Of a DNA stretch of 64,000 bases, positions 1-13,370 are shown piece by piece. The first letter of the stretch is position 1. Each line of letters opens with the position of its first letter. The notes under the pieces are model-generated. The model searched no databases. It was given only the letters and a program-made list of their open reading frames with translations, and was not told where the DNA came from. Both the position numbers and the translations under genes were made by a program. Source of the stretch: Sphagnum compactum (Eukaryota); NCBI GenBank assembly GCA_965153455.1, contig OZ234493.1, positions 30,184,213 through 30,248,212 on the forward strand, in the 5' to 3' direction.

Positions 1-400
1 AATACCTTGGAATTGTGAAAAAACATCAAAATCAAAACAAGAGGAGGCCCCTATTTTTATCACAAAAGCCCTTTTCATTTTTTTCTTTTGTTCTTTACAT
101 CTCACTTTTTCCCTCTCTCACTCTCACATTCTCCTAATCAATAATAACACCAACAATAGGCACCAACAAAGGTAGTAGATTGTAGGCAATTGCCACCACC
201 TATCATCAATCGTCATTAGCTATAGGGCGAAGTGAGGCATTGTTAGGGTCATCATTGATAAGCAAGCAATGCACGGTTGCAACAAGTGGTAAGGAATAAA
301 AGAAAAAGAGAAGGAGGAAAGGAAAAAAAGGGGAAACAAAACAGGTGGTGGTGGAGAATGATGGGTTTTTTTGCCATTGCTAAGAGCTTGAAGCTCCTCC

Positions 401-1439
401 TTGAACCTCCAAGGTTTGGGCTCCGTTAAAGGCTCGGACACCTCAACAAAAGTTCAAAATAAAGGGGTTAATGGGGTCCAACCTAGGCCTCCTTTTTTAT
501 TTTTTGGTTTTTTCAAAATTCCCGAACTTGGTGGGACCCCTTTGGAACCATTGGAACAATTTTTTCAAGTTTTGGAATTGGATTATGGGGGCATTAGTGG
601 GGATCAAATACAAAAGATCCAAGATGTCCAAAAGGAAAAGGATGATACACCATACACAAGATTGGCATGGTTTACTAAGGAAAACAATGACATTTTCATG
701 GAATAACAATTGGTGCAATTGTACTTGTCCAAGTAGGACAAAAATGTGCAAAGGATGGTCAAACCTCAATTCATCATTACTCATGAAGATCGTGCCACAT
801 TAGAAGAGGCATTCCACGTTGTGGAAAAACTTGATTGAGGATTTTGTGTGGTGAAGATGGTGAGCTTGTTGCAATCACCATGACCACCCCAAAGGATTCC
901 AAGAAGGAGGAATCAATGGCTACTCTCGATGGGAAGGCCAAAGGAGGCCAAAAAGGGGATCAATTTGGGCCTTTTCCATCTTTTTTAGCAGAATAAGGCT
1001 AAAGTATTATGTGTTCGACTTGTGGAGGTCCTAACATGAGAAGGAATGCCCCAACAAGGCCAAAGCATCTACATCCAAATCCACATCTTTTAGTGATGAG
1101 GAATGTGAACAATGTGATGTTCATAATCATGACATTTACCATTGTTACTCATTGCATCCAAAATTTTGTTCCAATAAACCCATTGACAACAAGGATGGTA
1201 AAGGCAAAGGGGGACGTGGGGGAGGCAATGGTTCTCAAACCAAGGGCAAAACCACAAGTAAAGCTTCAAATAAAACCAATGAACAAGGTCGACGTGGTGG
1301 CATGGCCATTACTGAATACCAACTTGTTTGGTTGGAGGAATTGATCATTAATATGGTAGCACAAAAGTTGGAGGAGAAGGCGACAAAATTAAATTCCACA
1401 AGTGTGCCTATATATTTAGGATTAGATCTTTCTTCATGA
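401..1439 (+). mobile_element. Degenerate LTR-retrotransposon gag remnant with CCHC zinc knuckle(s)
   Basis: 1104-1145 translates to CEQCDVHNHDIYHC, a perfect CX2CX4HX4C. A second, frameshifted knuckle (CSTCGGPN...) starts at about 1012. A G/K/R-rich tail follows (GKGKGGRGGGNG). The frames are broken by stops and frameshifts. Confidence 0.6.
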
Positions 1440-1944
1440 TTCTTTTGTGGAGTAGGATTTGTTGATTCCATGGATGTCCCCATGATGTTTATATTTTGGG
1501 GGTGAAACATCATGTTACATTTTATGATCCATGTGAAGTGGATTCATTAATTCATGCAATTCCACGATCTAATTCACATTCCAAAATCGTGTGGGGTAGA
1601 TGAGGGTCTTGACCTTCAAACAAAGGAAGCTTGGCACTAGATAGGTATTCCTTAATCATTTATGTTGGTCAAAATTGTCCCAATTAAAACATCCACATCC
1701 CCAAACATGGGGCATGTTCACACAAGACCAACAAGTAGACGATTTTCCTAACAACATAATCAGAAAAGGACATCCCTCCTTTATGGCAAGTTGCAAATGC
1801 CAAGTTGTTTAACCTTCCAATTCGGCCTGCCATTGATCGAACATTAATGACACCAAGAATGGTGTTGATGTTTAACAAGGTGTGACAAATGCAAACATTA
1901 GATGCCATCTTCCAATAGATGGAATTCATCCATAGTGTTCATCC

Positions 1945-2228
1945 ATAACTCTTAATTAATCTTAATTTAGTTAAATTTCCATTAACTTTTGATTAACTCC
2001 CAGTTAATTCCTACCTAAATTTCAGTTAAATTTTAGTTAACTCATAGTTAAATTTGAGTTAAGTCCGAGTTAACTTTTAGTTAAATCCTAATTAAGTCTT
2101 AGTTAACTTGTAGTTAATTCTTAATTAAATTCTAGTTAAGTGTAATTAACTCTTAGGTGACTCCTAACTAAGTCCGAACTAATTTTTAATTAAATTTTAG
2201 TTAACTCATAGTCAAGTCCTAGTTAGGA
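1945..2228. repeat. Degenerate AT-rich tandem array of ~TAGTTAA-containing units
   Basis: Recurrent tagttaa/ttaact motifs roughly every 10-22 bp. Confidence 0.6.
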
Positions 2229-3934
2229 AGGTTCCCAAAAAGTTTCCTTACTTGATGCACACATAAAAACTTCCTTGGAAGCTCCCTTGAGCTAAGTCTC
2301 CAAAGGGGTATAAATAAAAGTAAAACCCTTCATTTCCTTTAGTTTGTTCAACATCAATTTTAAAAACGATCTTGCATCATAACCTTGTCATATTTCTTTC
2401 ATGTTTATGTTTACATATGTTAACATAATAAAGATCCGTTTACATGTTTGTTTTGCACATCTCATGTTCTTTGTATTAATTCTTGTGTTCTTGGTTTTGA
2501 ATCACATAATTTTGTTTTGTTCCTTGTTTGGAAATTAAATTTAGACTTTTCCTTTAGCCTTTGTTCTTGTGATTTTTTATGTCTTTGACACAAGGAATGT
2601 GTTTTTCAACTTAAGCATGGAAAATGGCCAAACATTTTACCTTCAAAAAATGATATTGGATTCTATTAACCAATTAATGATGTTGGGCCAATTAGCATTT
2701 GTGGGTCTTGGCATGACGAATGAAGACATTGAGTCATGCCCATATTAGATTTAGACATCCATGAGTGCATCAAAGAAGACTTGTGGGCTTACTAAGACTA
2801 ACATCATGGTGCAATTGAACCCCAGCCACCAAACAAACTAATCATATGTGTGCGTTCGAAGCACACATATGTAGTGACAAATGTTACATCATATATGATG
2901 TATTGGTTGGAGGCATTGTGTTGTATCCCATGGGATTTCTATTGAACTTTAGGGAAGAAGTTGTTTCCTATAGACTTGGGTGGTAATCATGAAATGGGCG
3001 TGAAGTTCAATTTCATGTCCAATATTTTGCACCATGTGATATATCAATTGATGGTGTTACCATGTTGGTCAAATTTAGCAACACATGACTTTAGGGGTCG
3101 GGGCTACTAGAAGGAAATTTGGATGGATATGATGTCCCATTACAACTTGAAGACATGACACATGAACATCCATCCCATGTTGCCTTGTCCAAACATGACC
3201 CACCATCATTGTGGGGAACTTCAAATTAATTGGAAAATACATCTAATTAATGTGTTATGCAAGCATGGCAAAGTTTACCATCACCACCCTCAATAGAAAT
3301 GACATTGGATGGACGACCATGATACACTCCCATATGGGCCACACTTGTTTTATGGCAATTTTCTTAAATAAGGGGCATGTTTATTGGAGCTCTTTGGAGG
3401 CATTAACATTGGTTTAACAATGAGGTTTAAGCGGGTGTACAAGTTTACAAATACATGTATGTGGACTACAACACCATAACCCAAAAGTTTCCATTCACCA
3501 TGTGGGGATGTTGTTGGCCCAATATCCAACATTGTTATCAAACACAACTATGCATAGATATTTGGGGGCATTACCTTAGGACATCACATTGTTAGGGGCG
3601 TAAGATTTGGATGATGTTAACCTAGTGGATATAATGATAATTGGATGGTCATGTCAACGGCATTTTGAAGCAAGTGCATGTGGTGGCTACTTGACCTGCA
3701 ATCAAAACTTTTTTAGGAGTCGCCATGAATGTACTTGTTACATCTATAGACCACTCAAGAGCAACGATTCATCTACCTTTTGGAGAATGTTCTTCCATTA
3801 AGAGATTCTCAACCACAAGTTTTGGTGGCATGGTGCCGATTCCAGCCATAGTGAACCAACACCCACTAGCGCACCATGAAAGATGGATGGTAAGTGGTGT
3901 GGAGACAATCTTCTGTTAGGTTTTAGTGCCCTGG

Positions 3935-4130
3935 CTAACCATGGTGGTTAGTTCAATTGGCGGGTTGTTAGTAGGCAGGTAGGTAGTCAAAACAACCCTT
4001 ATTTATGTATAAACCATCTACTTACTTAATAGTTACCTATTTCCTTACTTATTTCCTTATATATGAAATTTATTTCTTACATAATTTGTTATCAAGGTGA
4101 AACCAAATACTAATTCAATTGAGTTCATCC
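3935..4130 (+). repeat. Dispersed repeat (MITE-like); second copy at ~13182-13370
   Basis: taaccatggtggttagttcaattg...caaggtgaaa is shared between the two loci. Confidence 0.6.
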
Positions 4131-5149
4131 ACAACTAAGTAATAACGAGCATCCAATGGATGGTATGTTGGTGGGTGTTGGTTCATTCTAGTCACCAATT
4201 CCATACCTGGTTGGGCAAACCAATTTTGGTGGATGTTGCATAAGTGGGATCTCATGCATTATGTTGGTTTAAAACTAATTTAGCACCATTTGAGTTGTTG
4301 CAACATGCATATGATTTGGTGCCATGACATGCATGCCTTATTATGGATGCCATTTTGGATACATGCACTACACCAAAATGCATCCTAGTTCACTCTCGGT
4401 TTCATTAGATTTTGAGTGAATTTGAACATTTTTACTGTGGTGAAACTGATCAACCCCCTAGTGAATGGGGATCAATTGTTATAGACAGTGAATTGGTCCA
4501 TTAATACCTAGTGAAATACAAATCATCAAGTCATTTCACTTGCTAGTTAATTAATTAGGTAGCATGGAAATCAATTAAATTTAAATTATTTAATATTTTA
4601 TGTAATATTTAATATTATTAATAATTTCATGATTTTCAGCCTATGAATTATTGACACATGTCACTACCTATGTTAGCCTAGGTACATAGGCCATGTAATC
4701 AACCTAAGTAGGCACTTACTGTAAGGAACTACATAGAAAAATATTTAGTCAACTTACAATTATTGACCACAAACATAACATTTGTGAGGTTTGATCGTTT
4801 GATATTTAAGATGGAGGCAAACACCCCTACCATCAAACCATCACATTTAATATGATAATGTGTTACATTGCATTTTATTTATCAAATACTTCATTTTAAA
4901 CATTATAAAAACATAAACTTTGAAAATTCATATCTTATTGAGATTTTTTCCAAATGAAATGATTAAAATTTTTATTTATTTATTTTTAAATAATGTACAT
5001 AATTACATTTATTTCCTTTTGAAAATGTAAAATCATTTGAACAATTTTTTTTTGAATATCACCATTCAATAACATTTCAATGACCATTTTTTTGAAAAAA
5101 AATGTTTAATAAATGGATTTTTTTTGCTAATATAATAATATTGCATATG

Positions 5150-6560
5150 TTAAACTATTTTTAGTTATTCTAAGGTTATGTTTCATTGTTTTAAGTTATT
5201 TCACCCTACATTATTTACGGCTATTTATGGATATTTTTAATTATTTCACCTTAGGTTACTTTCGATTATTCTAAGTTATTTTGAGTTATTTTATATTACT
5301 TTTGGTTATTTAAAGTTATTTCACCTTAGGCTATTTTTTATTATTGTAGGTTTTTTTTTAAATGTTTTTTTGGCTATTGTGGGCTATTTCACTTTAGGTT
5401 ATTTGTGTCTATTATAAGTTATTTTTGGCTATTATAAGTTATTTCATCTTAGGTTATTTTCGACTATGTGAAGTTATTATGGTTAGGCCATTGAAAGTTA
5501 TTTCATTGTATGATATTATTGGCTATTCTAGGCTGTATTACCATAGGCTATTTGTGGTTATTGATGGTTATTTTATTTTATTAATGGCTATGGGTTTGGT
5601 GGCTATTGTTGGCTATTGTTGGTTATTCTATTGGTGGCTAATGATGGCTGTTCTATTGATGACTATTGATTGTTCTTTTATTGGTGGTTATTATATTGGT
5701 GGCTATTAATAGTTATTATATCGGTGATTATTAGTTGATATTTTATTGGTGGTTATTATATTGGTGGCTATTAATGGTTATTCTATCGGTGACTATTGGT
5801 TGCTATTTTATTGGTGGTTATTATATTACTGGCTATTACTGGCTATTGATAGTTATTATATTGGTGACTATTATATTATGGTTATTAGTAGTTATTTTAT
5901 TGTTGGTTATTAGTGGTTATTTTAGGCTAAATTACCATAGGTTATTAATGGCTGTTGGTGGCTATTTTATTAGTGGGTATTATTGGTTATTTTATTGTAA
6001 ACCATTGATGGTTGTCTTATTGGTGGCTATTGATGGTTATTCTATTGGTGGCTATTTTATTAATAGATATTGGTGGTTATTTTATTGATGCCTATTTTTT
6101 GTTCTTTCATGTTATATTACGACTATTGGTGGTTATTATATTATAAACCATTGTTGGATATTCTAGGCTATATTATCATAGGCTATTGGTAGTTATTTTA
6201 TTGTAAGCTATTTTTTTTTCATGTTATATTATAGATTATTTTAAATTGTTATACTTAAGATTAAATAACTTATAATAACATAAAGTAGAATGACCTTGAA
6301 TAACCTATGTATAACTTGAAATAACATATATTAATTTAAAATAAAATAACCTAAGGTATAGTTCAAGGTTAGTTGAATAATTTAATTTAAAATACTTTAA
6401 AATAAAAAACCTATAATAAATTAGTTATGATACTTTAAAGTAGAATAACATATAATAGTTTAGGGTATAATAATTTATAATAGCCTATAATAACTTATAA
6501 TAACTTAGGGTATAAGTTATAATAATTAAAGTAACCCAAATACTATAGGGTATATCATGA
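5150..6560. repeat. Low-complexity (GGTTATT/GGCTATT)-type array with a reverse-oriented (AATAACC-like) end
   Basis: Long run of ggttatt/ggctatt variants at 5150-6245, then complementary ataacc/ataact variants at ~6265-6560. The ORFs called here are compositional artefacts. Confidence 0.75.
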
Positions 6561-7261
6561 AGTAACATAGGGTATTTAAAACAACAACATAAAAATAAAC
6601 CTATTTATCACAATAAATTATAATAGTGAATTATGTCAACTAATAGTGAAACACAATGTTTACATAGTGATAATATAATGAAATAACTTTAACCATGGTG
6701 AAATCATTAAAGTGCAGTGAACTTATTTCACTTTTAAAGTCCCAAAATTATTTAAGTTAATGAAATACATCTCACTTTGTACTACTCATGATACATGTCA
6801 CATGTTTGACATGATGAACGACCACCTTTTACCATTGTCAACAAGGTGGGCCAAACATGGGCAACCTTATTTATAATCATGAATTTTTTTAGTCTCACAT
6901 GCATTCTGTGATGATGGTTTTGGCATGATTTGGGACACAAAACATTTATGTTGGGTAGAACCCAATGCTAATGAATGAAAGTGTGCTATGGGGTTCCATA
7001 TCAACTCACCATTTGTTTTTGGTTTATTGAAGGCCATTAAACATTAACTTCTTAGTCAAATCATGGATTTGAACTATTTCATTTGGGTTATTAACTTAGG
7101 TTTGGCTGAACAACAGTGGTTGTCCATTACCCACCCACCCACCTAAATTTTTGTTTCATCCTACATCTCATCTTGGGATAGGATCATTCATGTAGGGGGG
7201 GGCATGATCATGAGGTCACATTCAATGATCCCCATTCACCAAACACCTTTGGAAACGGTTA

Positions 7262-7870
7262 ATGGGTAAAATCCTTAGAGTAGTTAGTGCCATAAGCAAA
7301 TCCTAATAACTAGATAGTTATTAATGGTGGACTTACCATCCTTTACCAAAAGGGTGAAACTAATGGGATTAATTAGTTCATGTTGATGAGTGGTTGGTTA
7401 TAATCCACCCAATCACCTAGGAGATTTATAAAAAGGATTAAGATAAAACTTATTTTCATGGGGTCAATGTGGGCCTTGTGTGGTTTTGTGGAGAAAGAGG
7501 ATGAGAGGAGGATTTAAAGGGATTCTATTCCATTGGAATGTGTTGTAGTTTGGAGTTTGGGTTATAAGAACTCTTTTTGGAGAGGTGTTGTATTTGTAAC
7601 ACTAGTAAAGAGGGGAGAAGAACATGGAATTGTATTGTATTTGTTATTTAAATGAAAAATGGTTGAAGGATCTTAATATGTTTACGTGAGTTTATCCTTT
7701 TAAAATATGATATAAAGATGGAGAATATAATATGTTAGTATGATATACAACTTTGTCTTACTTGTGGGTTATTTATTCTTTTCTCTTACAAATGCTAATG
7801 TTATATATTTTCTTAGTTAATTTTTGGAATAGGAAGTTTCTTGCTGCCACATGAAGGTAACAACTAGTAT
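7262..7870 (+). repeat. Dispersed ~600 bp LTR-like repeat; second copy at ~53853-54460
   Basis: gggtaaaatccttagagtagttagtgccata ... tttcatggggtcaatgtg ... taggaagt is collinear with 53853-54460. It lies next to gag remnants. Confidence 0.65.
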
Positions 7871-8559
7871 ATTGTAGTAGGAAGGAGTTAGACTTGAAGG
7901 TTGAAATTTGTAGGGTAAATGGGATTGCTATAGACGACGATAAACAACCACAAAAGGTTTACAATGGCTACAAACGGTAGGCAGTGTTGGAAAGGCTTGT
8001 TGGGGGACTGTAAACAATAAACAATACCACTAGAGGGTTTGCAAGTGCTATAAAGGTTAGACACCGACCACGGAAAGGCTACAAACCCACTAGACACCAT
8101 TCTGATTCATTAAAAGTATTATAAAGGATACACGGTAGTTACTTCCCAATCCCTCTTATCTTGTTTGCTTTCTTTTTACACTTCCTTTTTCTTACATTAT
8201 CAAAATGACCTACAATTAGGGATGGTAAGTTTGTCCCTAAATGATAGACCCTACCCCCTTCTTTTTCTTTTTGCATAAGCCATTAATAATAATAGCTTAT
8301 GCTAAGCCATTGTTATTACTTGAGTAGTTGTAGTAAAGTTAATAAGTGATAGTAATTTTTATTGGAAATATGAAAAAGTTGAACTTGTTCCCTTAGTTTT
8401 ACCTTCCTGAGGATGGTAATGTTCGGGGACTGTATTTTCACCCCTTTACAGAAATTATGGGATCTTGCACAAATGTAAAGGGTGATGGCCTAGTGATGGC
8501 CTAGTGATGGCCTTCACCTTCAAGATTTTGCTTATCAAAGACCCCTCGCCAAACCTTTT

Positions 8560-9200
8560 GTGAACCAAGTCATCTTTCATACATGTAATGAATTTCATTA
8601 GATCTTCACAAGTGGTAAAAACTTCTCCTTGTTAGACAATGAATCAATGTGAGATGGTTGCAAGTCGTGGAGGAATAGAACTTTCTTGTCTTCATCCTTC
8701 ATTAGCACCAAGGTTAGCCATCATTGAACTCTTTCACATAGTGCGTCAACAAGCCTTGGTGGCCTTGGCTTATGCTAAACAAGTCTTGGCTATTACATAA
8801 CACTTGGTTGTGAGGGATGAACATTTTATTGAAATGAGACTTAAAATCCAACTAGGAGAAAATCATCAATAAATTTGACTTTGCCTCCTTTTTAGTCATC
8901 CACCAATCCATTGTGTGGTCCACCAAAAAAAATTGAGCCAAATGAATTTGGTTGTTGTCCTTGATAATGATTTGTGTTTCCATGAAAATCTCAAATTGCA
9001 CCAACCAAGTGGGCCTTTTCTTGGCCTTACTTCCCTTCCTTGTGAAATAATTTGACAATTTAGTTTTAATTTGGCCCTTGGTAGGGGTGGTTTGTGCCAA
9101 GCTTTGTGCATTACATGGGAGGAAGCACCAATGTCCAAACATTATCATTTGAACCACCTCAAACACTTTGACAAAGGACACAAACTCTTACATTGCCATA
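8560..9200 (-). mobile_element. Ty3/gypsy-type gag remnant
   Basis: The frame 8852-9181 contains WLVQFEIFMETQ...IHLAQFFLVDHTMDWW, resembling the retrotransposon gag 'A...L...A..WW' region. It is degenerate. Confidence 0.45.
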
Positions 9201-10861
9201 GATTGTGAATTCAAAAAACCATTCAAAGGAAATCACTCATAATATTTCGTATGATGCCTCTTCCTATGTTAGGTGTAGTTTGAACCTTTCGAGTTTTTAA
9301 TTTTCCTTTGTCACCACTATGTTTAAAAGACCCATGAATTGATTTCTTTTCAAATTTCTCTACATTCTTTTAATTGAAGTTGAAACTAGAATATTCATTT
9401 TCCTCTATTTGTCTTATACACTAGGCTGCAGTCAAAATCTCCCTTTCAAAGGCTACTTGAGCCTCTTCAATAATGACATCTTCCACCACCTTTGTAACTT
9501 GTTCAAGAGCCACCTTAATAAGTGGGTTTCTTTTATTGAACCCATCATTTTTTTTCCTTGTGGGATATATATTCTTGTGGGTTGATGAAGGTATGGGATT
9601 TTCTCCTCCTCAAAATCCTTCATCATTCTCACTGATCATTTCGACCAATTCCTGATTGATAGGAATATCTACATGGTCTTTTGCTTTTACTAAAATACTT
9701 TTGGGGGACTACCTTGATGTTTAGTTTTCTCCTTTTCAATTTCTCCCATGCAACACCTTGCAATTCACTCAAAAGCCTATTTTAATACCACCTAACACAC
9801 CATGTTACTCCAAGTTTTTTTGTGTTTATCCAAGTTTTGGGTACGTTTTTTAATTTCTATTTTAACCTAGTTGTTCATGCAAAAACATATGCCCACATTA
9901 GCATACACTCGTTCAACTCACATCCATTTGAAATGAAACATTCACCTAACACTAGATTGTTGCAAACTTCCATTCATGTCCATAGTCTTAATCACTTAAA
10001 ACTTCCATGGCCTCATCACACAACCAAATTGAAAGAAGACTCCTATGAAGGAATTGAATGTTGTGTTTTTTTGTGAAACACACATACTTTTGACACCAAG
10101 CCCTTGCCTTGTGGTGTCTTGTCACTTTGCACCTTTGTGCACTTGGGTCCCACACTCGGACCCCAAGTTCCATGAGACAACAACTTTGTTGCCTTGTGTA
10201 GATCCACCATGGTTCGATGTGCCCCCATCGAACAGTCCTTTGGTGGGTCCCACACAAGGGGGCATGTTAGTAATGTTTTGCTACCAAATCATTACATGAC
10301 ATAATAATATGAGGTTTGCCCATATGACAAGTCCTCATGCATGACGAGTGAACATTGTGTGGGGGGCATTTGATCATGTGATTGAAATGTGCCACTATTG
10401 AGGCTTGTAGCTTGTTAAAGAGGTGTGTTGGTGAAGCAAGTTGGGTAGTGCACCATGATGTGGGAAAGTTGAGTTGGAGAAGGAGGGTTTGAGTTGTGTA
10501 ACAAACTTCCATGTCCCAAACGAAGTGGAATCTAACATGGAGCGAATTGGGGTTAATTCACAATGAATCCCAATTGGAGGTTCCATGTTCCATCCCCTTC
10601 CTTGTAAAAGGTTTTGGGTTCATTCAAAATTATTGAGGAAACTTATCACATTTTTGTGCATTAGTTTTGGTGGAGTTTTCACTTTATTATGTGAAAAGTT
10701 CCATGGTTCATGTTGGTGTTTTAACCTTGAAGGAACTATTACTACAAGAAACGTATTTTTAAAAAAGGACTCAATTATTGGTGATAAATATTATTTTTAT
10801 CTAATAAATTTAACATTGTGATTAAGGTAAATGCACCCATAAACAAACAAAAGATAATGTG

Positions 10862-12733
10862 TAATGGTTAATGGGGGGTAGGGGTGTACATGTGTAAGGT
10901 ATAAAATGAGTGGTTATGAAACATTTATTACATTGTTTATTAGGCATTATTGCACTATCACAAGGTTGGAGTGTGTTATATGGCAAATTTTTTCAAAGAC
11001 CCCACCCACTTTGAGAGGCCCCAACTTTTGCATTTCTTACCCAATTCGGAGTTCATAAAGGACTATTGTGGGTTGCACTAGTACCCTATGAAAATTATTT
11101 GGAAAAGAAAAAACTTTCATTGTGACATGTGTCAACATTTTGGTTGAGTTAATCTTGCCTCAACTTTTAAATGTTTATCAACATTTAATGTTAAGATTTC
11201 AACATTTTATAATGAAACGAAAGGTCAAGTTGAGTACAAAGTTGAAGGCTTGAATTTAAAGCATGTCTCACATGAGGTGATAGTTGAAAATAAATCTCAT
11301 AACACAAATGAAGATATTAACCATTTTTCTAACGAGGTAGAATGTTATGACCACAATTGGATAGTTCTTCCTTTCAAAGAATGCTCTTAATCCTAGTTTT
11401 GATGATTAACCTTTTTTGGTAGGTTCATTGGGCATGGTTTTGAACTTGGTTCTTCACAATTTTAAACCTTGTGATTTCAATTTTAATTTACAAAAAAAAA
11501 GTAGTTCCATGTACAATGTATACTTCCCAAGACTAAAGAAATGATACTCTCAAGTGGCTCATGTTTTTGCATTAAAATTGCTTTTACCTTGTATTGTCCC
11601 ATTTTTCATGTTTACATGGGTGAGGATTGGGAAATAATTGGTACACTATGTTGAATTTGATAAATATTACTAAAGGCCCAAATTAGGGATATGGATGGTC
11701 CCAATTTCAATTTTCATTCTAATTCTAGCAAAATTTTAATTTCACAATGTAATTCTTGTGTCAGTTTAGGTCCAAAATCACATGACCCTATGTCAAAGAC
11801 AAGATAAAAACTCAAGGAAAGAATTATTTGAAATGCTTTCAGGATCTCTTATTGATATTATCCTATCTAGAACTTTGCAAAGGTTCATTAAGGTTTTAGA
11901 ACCTTATGCCAATTTGAGCTCCTAAAATCTTCTATAACAAAAACTATTATAACTTTTAAACATTTACATTAAAATATTTCTAAAACTTCCATGGCTTTTT
12001 ATGTTTAAAATATCTTAAATTTAAACCCCTTGAGTTTAACTCTACAAACCATGGAAACTTGCCAACATCGATCATTTAGTCAATGAGATGTCACGGCCAA
12101 TTAATTATTTCCATTTAAAGTGATTAATATAATGAAGTGTTGCATGGTGGAAGGGGATCATGACGCATGTTCAATAGTGGAAAATTCAATATTTATGGAG
12201 GTTTCAGTATTTTTGTGAAAAATTTGGTACTAATTCATCAAATTTAAAATAAAATAAAATACCAGATTTCTAAAATAGGGTCCAATAGATTGCCAAAACA
12301 TTACAAGATTAATTTTTATAAAAAAATCATATTTGGTCTATTAAATTTTTTTGTTGATCATCCTCAATTTGGTTACATCACAAAGTTGAAAAAAACATTG
12401 AGATTGATAAAGGTAGATAGGCTAATCATTGAATATTTAGCAACTCAAAGAGCTAGGGTTTAGTGACCATTTATTTGATGGTTTTGGAATTGAAAGACTT
12501 TTGGTAAGGCATTAGTCTAGCCACCAATAGTCCTTCACTGACTCCAAATTGGGTAAAAAATGCAAAAGTTGGGGCCTCCCAAAGTGGGTGGGGCCTTGGA
12601 AAAACAAATCCACCATAAAACACATTCCTACCTTATGACAATGTAATAAAAGCCTCATAAATCGTACAATAATGTCTCATAACCATTCATTCTACTGCCT
12701 ATACATGTACACCCTACCCTCACTAACCATTAA
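10862..12733. mobile_element. Putative non-autonomous TIR element bounded by ~220 bp imperfect inverted repeats
   Basis: 10862-11080 (…cccacccactttgagaggccccaacttttgcatttcttacccaattcggagt) is the reverse complement of ~12512-12733 (actccaaattgggtaaaaaatgcaaaagttggggcctcccaaagtgggtgggg…). Confidence 0.6.
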
Positions 12734-13181
12734 AGCCATACCTGAAATACAAAAGGAATAATAATAAAGAAAGGAATGATTCAACAAAGTGCCATCATGC
12801 CTTTAATGATTGATTAGACCATCAACACATTACCAAACATAATTTTGTGGAACATTGGTTGCAATTCCCTAGTAAAATTTCCCCACTTACCCATTTATGA
12901 ACAACATCTTTCTTGTTATTGGTCAAATCCTTCAAAATTTCTAAACACCATAATCAATTACCAAACACCCCGACAATAGAAGCTTTGATGCACGATTACA
13001 AATAGTGAAAACATCTATCAGGTTTGCCTTGTACTAGAAGGCAATTCAATTACCAACTTTTGTTCAGTTATGAGTGTGTTTATCTTACTTTTATTTGGCT
13101 AGAATGAAACAACACCCACAAGTGCACCATGAACTGGTAAATGATTAGAAAACAATTTTCTATTGAGTTCTAGATCCTTAA

Positions 13182-13370
13182 GTAACCATGGTGGTTAGTT
13201 CAATTGTTTTTTTTACTACCTACCAACGAAGTAGATAATAGAACCAAATTTTTTCTATTAGGTGTAAACTATCTTCTTACATAGTAATCATTTATTTTCC
13301 TACATATCTAACTATATATAGGACCTAATTCTTATAGAAATGGTCACCAAGGTGAAATTGGATGTAGTTC
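13182..13370 (+). repeat. Second copy of the 3935-4130 dispersed repeat
   Basis: Shared taaccatggtggttagttcaattg and the downstream segment. Confidence 0.55.

Noticed and set aside
5425-6088. Hydrophobic ORFs that look like membrane proteins
   Set aside because: They are translations of the GGTTATT-type low-complexity array, which lacks stops by composition.
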